Source of the DNA: Octopus vulgaris
Lineage: Eukaryota
Direction of reading: 5' to 3'
DNA: 64,000 nucleotides
NCBI GenBank assembly: GCA_951406725.2
Contig: OX597815.1
Coordinates: 65,844,001 to 65,908,000, forward strand
Under the pieces are notes generated by a model. It was not told the origin of the DNA, did no database searches, and saw only the letters and a program-made list of their open reading frames with translations. The translations under genes and the position numbers were made by a program. The first letter of the stretch is position 1; each line of letters starts with the position of its first letter. This document shows, piece by piece, positions 53,006-64,000 of the stretch.

Positions 53006-53386
53006 GGGAGTATAACTCCAAACTTACAGGGAAAAATTCAATTTAATTTTAAATAAAATTTCACAATATAAATATATAAAATATAAAACATAAATTAGAG
53101 ATAAAACCACTATTCTGCAACTCAAACAGTGATAGACATAAACCAAAACATAAATAACAAATAATATATATTTTTATAAAACTTATAACTAGATCTTAAA
53201 AAGTATAAAAATGAATGATCAGCATATAATATAATGTGTTTTTTATTTATTATATATTGATCATTCATTTTTATACTTTTTGAGATCTAGTTATATGTTT
53301 TATAAAAATATATATTATTTGTTATTTATGTTTTGGTTTATGTCTATTACTGTTTGAGTTGCATAATAGTGGTTTTATCTCTATTT

Positions 53387-53390
<4 letters not shown>
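53005..53390. repeat. AT-rich foldback element, arms about 135 bp
   Basis: 53096-53230 is inverted at about 53249-53383; lies between (TAA)n and (TA)n. Confidence 0.8.
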
Positions 53391-53425
<35 letters not shown>

Positions 53426-53444
53426 TATAGATATATAGATAGAG

Positions 53445-53524
<80 letters not shown>

Positions 53525-54245
53525 TTATACATCTAGATAGATATAGATATATATATAAACTTATGCACAATCATATACATTCTTGGCTATACATGCTGAT
53601 ACACAGCAGTACATATGTTTTTTACGAACGCAGGTGCATACACATGTATACATACACTTATGTACACCATCTCAAGCACACGCTCGCAAACACATACTTA
53701 CACAACACGTACCCAAGCACGCACACACACACACACACAAACACTCAAATCTGTGCATTCATACATCCACGCTCACGTCTCTAGACACTCACGACACACT
53801 TTATATAAACAAACCAGTTGACCGTGTCTCGTTCAAGAATCTTCTTTTGAAGCTGCCTGCCAAAAGTCTCCGTCTATTTGTCATCTCTTGTAGAGGAAAC
53901 TTCCTCTCTGACCCCTCTCTAGTTGTAGGAACTAATGCAGCTCTCTATTTGATACATAACTCGTTACACCGTACCATTTATGCCACCGTTATTCATATAT
54001 GTTGATATCAATCTCCTTCAATCACAGAAGGAACTTCTTGCTGTCATCTCTGATAATACTCACCAAACTACAGATTATTCGTCTTATACTCCTTTATAGA
54101 TAACCCACGTTAGACCAGTCCAGCTTCTGTAGGTAAAGCAGTGACCTTAGTGTGTTGGATGAAATATCTCGTGGTATTTATTTTGGATCTTTGTTCTCTG
54201 AGTTCTAATCATGTTGAGATCAACTTTGCTTTTCTTTCTCTAAGG

Positions 54246-54430
54246 CAGTGGTTCCGAACCGTTTTTATGCCGCACACCCCTAAAAATTTTTAATATGTTC
54301 TCGCACTCTTTAAAGTAATAAAGAATAAAGGTGCCCGGAGCAATTTCCCTCTTTGACCCCCCTATAAATCCCGCCCTTCTTACATCCCCTGGAATGCTAT
54401 CTTGCACCCACAAAGGGTTGGGAAATCCTG
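54246..54430. mobile_element. hAT-type MITE (185 bp)
   Basis: Termini CAGTGGTTCCGAACC / GGTTGGGAAATCCTG. 8-bp TSD CTCTAAGG (54238-54245) / CTCTAAGA (54431-54438). Confidence 0.75.
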
Positions 54431-57400
54431 CTCTAAGAAGTCGATCAAGAAGTACAATCAAGGTTTATGAGGTCGTAGTCATCTTGTCTTTTTCAGTAAC
54501 ACAAAGATACGGTCCCTTTAGATATTATGGAAATAACACTAAACCTGGCTTTCCCTAGGATTAACCAGAATGTACGAAGAACTTCCGACGTCGCTACAAA
54601 TACCCGGTCTATTAATCGACAAAAATCTCACTTGTTGCTCCTATAATCATATCGTGCCAAAAACAGCATCTTAACGACCAACCATTCTCTTTAGGACCGG
54701 AAAACATTTCAACAGTGCACAATTGCCAATTCGTATGGCCTAGTGGTTAGAATGTCGTAGGTTCGAATCTCGCTCCAGGCGGCGCTCTGTGTCCTTGAGC
54801 AAGTCACTTCATTTGACATTGTTCCAATACATTCAGCTTAAAATGAGTACCAGTGGTATCTGGGGATTAAGCCAACGGTGAATTGATCTCCTGTTCAGTA
54901 GAAAGAGGAGGTAGTCTTATACTTTTAGCGTCGTAAGTTTGAAGACGTTCCGGTTTCGTTAGTTTATGGACTCGAGGCAAATTGTAACCGACTTCTTATA
55001 CAACGCAAAAGGAGTCTCACAATGGAGTCTTACTCTCACATCTTTGACGGTACTTCTGTTACTGTTTCCCACACAAACATTGTAAACTGCAAATGAATTT
55101 TTAAAAAAGGTGCCTGGTTTATTGACAGACTTTAATGGTCAACATACTCAGCATCTGGTTCCACATACGTATTCCATTACTACTAGTATCTTCTCTGCTT
55201 CTTGGCACCAAGTCATGTGCACTCTCCAGCAAACTCTAACCGATAAACCTGACATTTTCTCACGTCAGACGCACTGTTTCTTGCCACCAAATACCGCACC
55301 AACTACTTGGCCCAATCCTTAGAATGTCAGAGACAAACGTATATTCAAATATATCGGTACCTTCACTCGTACAAACGACATTTGTCCATACATAGACACA
55401 ATAGCAGTAACAACAACGATGACAACAACAATCACAACGTTAACATGAACCCAAAACATTAAAAATTTACTTCAAGGGCAACATGACTAACTCTACGTAC
55501 TCACTGGACCTGCCAAAAAAGTTTAAAAAAATAAAAACAATCGCCCTTAGAATAGACCCTACTGTCATTAAAAAAGGTAGGGATATTTACATAATGCAGT
55601 CACAGTGGTCACGGCTAGAATACTTTTAGTCACAGCTAGAAAGACTTTAATTATAAGTTTGGCATTAAAGTGGCGAGTTGGCGCTGAGGTCGACTTTACC
55701 TTTCATCTTTTCGCGGTCGATAAAATAAGTACCAGTTGAGCACTGGGGTCGTTGTAATCGACTTACGCCTTCCCCTGAAAATGCTGGCCTTGTGCCAGAA
55801 CTTGAAATCAGTTATAGATTTGCCACTAACAGTTATGTAAATAATGATCTTCCTTTTTAAACAATAGGCAGTGTTGTATGTGTGTGCGCGTGCGTGCATA
55901 TGTATGCATATATATATATATATATACTGAACTACCTATATTCAGACATACATGCAAGAGTACATGCAGCCACACGTTCATATCCAAGTACTTAGTACTT
56001 ACTAATTTTCATATACAAACATATGTACTTTCATAGTATATACATTTTCTCACCCGGTTCTAAATGTTTGGATATCAGTTCTTGTGTACAAGACCATGTG
56101 TTGGTGTACACATATACAATCCATAAATATATATATACATACATTCTCACGGATATTTATGTACAATATGCATCAAGTCTATACACGTGTTCCAAGTTCA
56201 CACACGCATTCAGACAGTCGTATATACACGAACGTATCTAGACATATGTACATGTTGTCGCTTAGGCACGTGTATGTAACGTACAGTATCTTATAAGTAT
56301 GTGCCATGCATACTTTTAAGCTCACAGTAATATAAAAAAAAACATAAAAAAGAAGATATACGCAAAAACACATATGCAAAACGTTTAGAGACATGGATCG
56401 TAAACAAGAAATTCTCCAAGACGACGCTGCTTTCCTCTTAGGTATCAAAAAATAATGGGGTGGTATGGGACGTTCGATGGAAGTAGTGATGGGAGGCAAG
56501 GGGCAAAGAGCATAAATAAATAGTTGCTTGTTAAGATGTCAGCAATGATAATCGCAGAAACTGAGTGATCTTATTTTATGAATGCTATATAAATTACATA
56601 TATCTATAATGAAAATAAATGGCATCAGAACAAGAATTACATAATTATATTCATTAGCTTACAACTGTTTCACCTTAGAGAACAAGACTACATTTAGTAT
56701 TGAGTGCCGCTGCTTATTCTTGTTGCGTCGACAAGGCTAATAAAATTCTGTGGCCGTTTATGTGGAATCTCAAAGGGGAATAACTGTGAGATTGCTCTGC
56801 CCTATAACCGGTGTTTGTATATATCAGTGTTTGCAAGTAAATTGCGTTTTAATGACTAGTTTATTGAGGCAGGATTCTAAAATTTATAAAACTTATAATA
56901 TATTTTATGGATAATAACTACTACAGAACCAATGAAGAAATACAGACAGCAGAGTGTCGAATATTTAAGATGTAACGTTAATATGTTAAAACCCAGAGTT
57001 GGTCGTAAGTCTGTTAATCCGTTAACATTTTCGTAAACGATTTAATTTTTAAGTTAACTTTGAAAATCATTATTGGACTAATTAATTTCTGTTACATTTA
57101 GCTTCCGTTAACTTAAGTCCGTTAACCCTAAAATTTCATAAAAACCGGTAAACGTTTAAAAGTTTCTATTGTTTTCAGATTGTCTTAGCATTTTTAATTT
57201 TGTGCGTGTCATTCCTTCAACCCTGATATTACGCCACGTTTTATTATAAATAACTTGTAGGACCTCGTTTGGCCCTGCCTGGATTTGAAACTAAATCCGT
57301 CTGCTTGTTGCTTGCAAAGACAGCGGAAATTTTTTGTCCTGTCAAGATGGAACAGTGATTGATGTGTTTCCACTTGATCCATGACCTCGCTGAGGTGAAT

Positions 57401-59605
57401 GTCAACAGAGAAAATATTGACTTCCATAAAGTGGAAAGAATAAATGGAAGGAAAAACAAGCTGGTAAATATTTCGGTATGAATGCAAATAGCTGTTACGT
57501 AGTAGCAGGGCATGCTAGAAATAGCAGCCAAATCGTTCCTTTTCTGGAAAAAGGAGCCGTTTACGCGTGATTTCGATGTCACATTCGTTGAAAGCATGCA
57601 AAATAACATAGAAGATTAAAAAAGATTCGCGAAACAAAACTCCTTTGGTAGGAAAATTCAAGGTTCCCACCATCCCTCCCACATTTCTTTTCCGACAAAA
57701 AGTGGCTTGCGGCGGGTTCGGATGTAGGAAACGTTGAATGCAACCGAAAAAAAAAATGTGGTAAAAATTATTCCACACAGAGGTACGAAATATTTACCGA
57801 AAGAATAAAATCTTGTACCAATTATACCTGCATTTTAATTAATTCAAATTAATGTACATCATCTTGAAAAGTGGCAAAATTTTTGTCGGTTGCTATCTGG
57901 GATAATTTTAGTAACAAATCAAGCAGGTAACATGCATTGAGAATTTCAATTTTAGTGCTTATCCATAATGTAATTGCTTTTACACTTGTTAATTAAATTT
58001 ACCTGCACATAAAAGTCAAATTTACTCAGCAAGATCAGCTAAAATTACATAACTATAAACCAGTGGTATATAAAGCACCCACTGACAAAATTTCAAATCT
58101 GTATGTAAACATTTACAAAGTTACAAGCAAATATTGTGAACATCCCTCTTGAACCTGAATAATTCAAAATAACATGAACAAATAAGTATTACATTTGACA
58201 GATTAATATGAACACTAAATATGTGTTTAGGTATTTTTTTCTTACAGACACACATAACACGGCCTCGCTCGGTTGGGACTACACGTGTGTTACTTTGACA
58301 TCATCATTCCATAAAATTCGTTTATAGGGAGAAAATATTGAAAAATATCAATAGATATACATTATTTACATTATTTACAATTGGTGTCGATATAATTACA
58401 GGAAGAGGTTGACAAGTTCATGAACCGCGTAGATCGATTATAGAAAAGCACACAATCTGGTCCTCCTCGTCAATCAGTCGGTGCCCAGAACAGTTCATGA
58501 TCTTGAAGAAGATTAGATTTGAAGAAGTAACAGATGATTAAGACTAGTTGTGAACATGTCACTTTAGGTTATACTTTGTTCCTTTATTTTACTTACTTCA
58601 ATCTTTTGGTCGCTGGGGCACCGCCTTCAAGATTTCAGTTAAATCGTCCCCAATACTTATTTTAAGTTTTGGTAATTATCTTTGTTGCTCCGCGATGTCA
58701 GACCGGTGTTTACAAACACGAAGAGACGTACACACACATATAGTAGGCGATCATATATACACAAACACACACACGTTTTCGTCTATCACATTTATCAGAA
58801 AGGATTAGTCGGCCAGGACCAAGACACTTGTCTAAGATGCTGCGCAGTAAAACTGAACGCGAAAGCACGTGGTTAAGAAGCGAACTTCTTAACTACAAAG
58901 CCATGCGTACCCCTAGAGCAGAAATTATTGCTGAATGGAGAAATTGCAGCACGTAGGTGGAAACAAAAATAAAAGACAAAAAAAATAAACGGCATTTCTA
59001 GAACTTTTCTCCTCTTTTCTAACTTCTTTCTTGGGGGAAGTTTGTAAAGCAGTTGTTGATCTTAGAAGGTCATAATTACAATAGAAAATGAAATAATAAA
59101 ATAAAATAAAATAAAATAAAGATCTAAAAAAAGATGGTGGCGGTTCGTGAGAGAGATTGTTATTTGGGACAATATAAACAGCTTGTTTCTAGAAAAGAAG
59201 TAAACCAGCAGCAATTGAAGAGAAACTAGATATGTGTTTTAAAGGCAATTTACTCAAGAGACTCTCAGAAAATAGTAAACAGTTTATAACAAACATTCAA
59301 GTTATAACTGTTTTTCGACCTCTCCACAACAGCGACAGCAGATGATGATAATGATAACGATAATGATAATGATAATGGTGCTGGTGACGGCGGCGGAGGT
59401 GGTGATGATGGTGGTGGTGATGGTGGTGGTAGTGGTGGTGGTGGTGGTGGTGGTGGTGGTGGTGGTGGTGGTGGTGGTGCTGATGATAATGATGATTACT
59501 GAAGCTGCCGCCTCAATGATCCACCATCATCAGCATCCCCACATTTCTCTCTCGCCCTCCCTCCCACTCTCTTTCTCTCTCCCTCTCCCTACCTTCTCTC
59601 TCTCC

Positions 59606-59644
<39 letters not shown>

Positions 59645-59732
59645 CCATAAATATATATTTCATTTTCAATACGGTTTCCAAATTTATTTTAGCTGTGGCT
59701 CCTCTTTACTTTAGGTTAACAACTATGTAGAC

Positions 59733-60090
59733 ATGGCTGAGTGGTAAGAAGCTTGCTTCCCAGCCACGTGGTTCCACGTTCAGTCCCACTGCATGAAACT
59801 TCGGGCAAGTAAGTGTCTTCTACTATAGACTCAAGCCGACCAAAGCCTTGTGTGTGGATTTGGTAGACGGAAACTGAAAGAAACCTATCCGATAAATATG
59901 TATATCTATCTGTGTATCTCTTTGTTTTCCCCCTCCCCTGTATTTATCTCCCAACCCCATCGCTTGATAACTGGTGTTGATGTGTTTACGTCACCGAAAC
60001 TTAGCGGTTCGGCAAAAGGGGCAACAGAATAATTACTAAGCTTGAAAAAGAAAAAGTACTGGGGTCGATTCATTTGATTAAAATCACAAT
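59733..60090 (+). mobile_element. tRNA-derived SINE (family of 46503-46880)
   Basis: ATGGCTGAGTGGTAAGAAGCTTGCTTCCC...GGTAGACGGAAACTGAAAG...CTTAGCGGTTCGGCAAAA...GGGGTCGATT. Confidence 0.8.
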
Positions 60091-60142
60091 CAGGTAATGG
60101 ATAAAACATAAAAAATACATACAAATATAAGATAAAATATGC

Positions 60143-60253
<111 letters not shown>

Positions 60254-60806
60254 TAGATATATACAAACACATACGTACATACAAACACACACAGACACAC
60301 ATACACGCACCTTCATTTTGGGATCACTACTACTTTATTACCCCCCATCTCCTGTGTGACCACTCTGTACGGCATTCGCCATGATAGATCGCTAGCTACT
60401 ACACATTCTTTATTTTCTCTCCTTGTTTCTTTCTGTGTTCCTTTCTGTGGAAGAGCGTAGGCTCGAAACGCTAAAGACTTTTTCCCTTCCTGAGCGTTAA
60501 ACTAATATATCTCTTTGTTGTCTACACCTCCTGTCTTCGTCTTTTGTGTGTGTATATGTGTGTGTATGTGTGTGCGTGTGTGTGAATTCTCCCTATATAT
60601 AGGATGCATTTAACATAGGATGAGACGAAATGTAAGATTTCTTTAGGGAAGAGATCTTACATTGAGATCTTAAAGCAAATAAGTTCAAAGATGGAATGAT
60701 TGAATGTGGGGAGCTAATTATATTAGAGGGGCCATCTCCAAGTATAACAATATCTGTTTCAACACACGATTTCATATCAACAATCTTGCAAAACAAATAT
60801 ATAAAC

Positions 60807-60844
<38 letters not shown>

Positions 60845-61063
60845 CGAAGAACAAACACAAAAACAACAACGCGAGGGCGTGGTATATGTAAAGTATTAGC
60901 AGACGCTCGGGGAAGGAAAGAAAGGTAGTTTAAAGTTTCGAGCAAAACTCTTCAGAGGAAAGTCCAATAGAAAAGGAAGACGGAGGGAAAAAATCGCCAA
61001 CGATTCACATGTGGTTACATTACACTTAATAGATAGATATATACATATATATATATAAATATA

Positions 61064-61243
<180 letters not shown>

Positions 61244-61262
61244 TGTATATATATATATATAC

Positions 61263-61434
61263 CTTATAAAATAAGGGCAAAACAAAAATTCTAATGCCAA
61301 ATATGCCGAAAAAAAGACAAAATTGTCAATAACCATTATAATTTATGCGTCTCGATAATAATGGTTTTTGACAATTTTGTCATTTTTTCGGCATATTTGG
61401 CATTAGAATTTTTCTTTTGCCCTTATTTTATAAG
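61263..61434. repeat. Hairpin (about 78-bp arms, 15-nt spacer) in (TA)n
   Basis: CTTATAAAATAAGGGCAAAA...CCATTAT is inverted as ATAATGG...TTTTGCCCTTATTTTATAAG. Confidence 0.85.
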
Positions 61435-62300
61435 TTATTTATAAATTTAACCTTTAAAGGTATTTTTTGATATGCTGGCCACTGATAAAAATTTTTTCTG
61501 AAAAAAATTTTATCCTACATTAGTTGTATATATATATATAGTCAGTTACATATTTATTTATATATGTCTTTCGTAGATAGTTTTAGGTGCTTATGTAGTG
61601 GCGAGCAAATATAGAGCGACCTTCGGTTTCCGCAACCTTGACCCAACGAGATATCTGTGATGTGACAGCTGGGAGGAGAGGAATACACATGCACGTGCTT
61701 AGTACTCATTTTCAGCTGAGTACTTTAGAACAGCATGAAATGAAAAGTCTTACTTAAAATAAATAAAACAATGCGTTACCTGTTCGAGGAAGTGAACCCA
61801 CGACCTTATGGTCATAGGTCGAACAGCTTAACCACTATTGCACCATTTTGGATGACACAGAATTGTACCAATAATACAACTGCTATGTTATAAGAGAAAC
61901 AGTTATAAGTTTTATTTTTCACAGGTCACAGTTTCTACTATGTTGTTACGTAACTAATTTCGTATGTAACAGTAGAGGCTAACACCTAAATACACACATA
62001 GATACAAACACGCTCACTCACACACATTCGGGTGTACACACGTACTCTTACTCTCTCATTCCCGCCCCGCTACTCCCTACACAGTTTCTTCGTCTTGGCA
62101 TGTTTACATGTTTATGTGTTATGCATATTACACTCTCCAGTTACCACAAAAACAACCTCCCCCCGTTAGAATCTCCCCAGGACGGTATTGAGTAAAGTTA
62201 TGAGCAAATAAACAATTCTAATATATACATGTGTATATGTATATGTATGTATGTCTGTATGTATGTGTATATATATATGTGTGTGTGTGTTGTGTATGTA

Positions 62301-62332
<32 letters not shown>

Positions 62333-62486
62333 CTCATATGCTTGTTTTCTTGTGATTTGCTTTGGATTTATTGCGCATTGTTCCGACTTAACCACAAATT
62401 TTATATTATATTACATTATATATATATATGTATGTATGCATGTATGTATGTGTGTATGTATGTATGTATGTATGTATGTATGTATG

Positions 62487-62541
<55 letters not shown>

Positions 62542-62572
62542 ATATATATATGTATATATGTGTGTATGTATT

Positions 62573-62605
<33 letters not shown>

Positions 62606-62726
62606 TTTATATATTTTATTGCTGGCGAACGACTGCGGCTGCGCAGTAGATTTTGAAAACGTTTGGATGTATAAATAAGGGGCAGTTAGTTTGATCGTGC
62701 CGTGTGTATACGTTTAACCCTAGGTG

Positions 62727-62802
62727 TTCCTGCTGAAGACGATTGCACCTGGCGGGTTCATTTACTCGTTAAACTAAAATCAGAAACCAATTGGTCCAGG
62801 AA
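62727..62802 (+). ncRNA. Type I hammerhead in a ~320-bp element between (TA)n tracts (62620-62945)
   Basis: TTCCTG CTGAAGA (C)GATT...AATC(A) GAAA CCAATTGG TC CAGGAA. Palindromic stem III ACCAATTGGT; GUC at 62794-62796. Confidence 0.72.
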
Positions 62803-62945
62803 ACTAGATGGTAAAATGATTTTATTTTTCCTTTCGTTCCTGTCGAATTTTATCCCTAATTTTTGTGGTTATAGAACCTAGCTGTTCTTTCTAGCGTGTT
62901 GAATCCTATGACTGAATTCGTCATGTGTTTAAATATACAGTGTAT

Positions 62946-62992
<47 letters not shown>

Positions 62993-62994
62993 GA

Positions 62995-63430
62995 AAGAAT
63001 GGAGTCGAACGAAGATGTTAACAAAATTCCTTTACTCTCGACATATGTTTCGAAGGCAACATGGTTTCATTCCAAAGGAATAAAGGGTGCATTATGCAAT
63101 CTTCTCATCATATTCTCTTCTCTAAAGTTCCCCTTGTAAACACACTCATAGAAAAATCATACAAATGTAAACACTGGCAGAAACATACTTTCTACTCATA
63201 TAAATGATAACGATAGTCACTGTGGTTTGAACAATTAGCTTAACGTGCACTCCACTTCAATAGCGAAATTCTTTCCTAAGCCTTCGAACATTCTTTCAAT
63301 CAACGTACCCTTCCCTCTCCACTTGTTCCCTACCTATTATTCCTTTAACCCTACTCTTCCTACTATCTATCTTTGACGTCAATTCTTCTAACTGTTTTTT
63401 TAAAAACACTCATTGTCGATTTGTTTACCA
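62995..63430. mobile_element. Penelope remnant of the 32366-33762 family (inverted pLTR piece with truncated hammerhead 63035-63110, plus sense endonuclease end)
   Basis: Minus strand TGATGA GAAG...CTTC GAAA CATATG TC. Plus strand CCCCTTGTAAACAC...TGTAAACACTGGCAGAAACA matches 32790-32855 (minus). Confidence 0.65.
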
Positions 63431-63447
63431 TACATATATATATATAT

Positions 63448-63510
<63 letters not shown>

Positions 63511-63548
63511 TATACATATATATATATATATGAATATATGTATGTGTG

Positions 63549-63625
<77 letters not shown>

Positions 63626-63888
63626 ATATGTATGTATATATTATTTCATTTAATTGAAAGAAACAAATGCTTCTTGGTCTTGATGTATTTAATCAAGGTA
63701 ATATTTCCTTTCATTATTGATAACATAATCTCATCAATTTGGCAAACTGTTGATCCCTTGAGTGTAAATTTCTTCAGATTTCAAAGCAAAGAAATGCTCA
63801 ATATCCTTTTTAATCTCGTTGCAATTAAACTACTTCCCCTCAAAATGTTGCAATGATTCGAAATTATGATAGTCAGATGGAACAAGCT

Positions 63889-63960
<72 letters not shown>

Positions 63961-64000
63961 CAGTAGTAGTAGTAGTACGAGGAGGAGGAGGAGGAGGAGG

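Noticed and set aside
56654-56740. Minus-strand GAAACAGTTGTAAGCTAA as a hammerhead 3' half
   Set aside because: No recognisable CTGANGA core upstream; at best a truncated relic.
56995-57150. Repeated CCGTTAAC motifs as a DNA-transposon subterminal region
   Set aside because: No partner end or TSD found in the window.

Overview
AT-rich, microsatellite-dense eukaryotic DNA with no recognisable host protein-coding gene. The SINE families and repeat landscape suggest an octopus-like cephalopod (inference). Nearly all ORFs in the track are microsatellite artefacts. Real coding remnants all come from decayed transposons: mariner, CR1-type LINEs, a Penelope GIY-YIG element, two R4/Dong elements in (TAA)n, a HERO-type element and an RTE tail with three C2H2 fingers. 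The main observation is at 1-4700: a near-identical 534-bp tandem array (about 8.8 units, open to the left, ending in (TA)n). Every unit carries a complete type I hammerhead ribozyme (CTGACGA...GAAA, palindromic stem III ACAATTGT, GUC site), the layout of a retrozyme or Penelope pseudo-LTR multimer that could yield 534-nt self-cleaved, possibly circular RNAs. About 14 further intact or decayed hammerhead motifs from several unrelated families lie in foldback or Penelope-like elements within (TA)n/(TAA)n tracts. All folds and alignments were done by eye, and TE boundaries are approximate.
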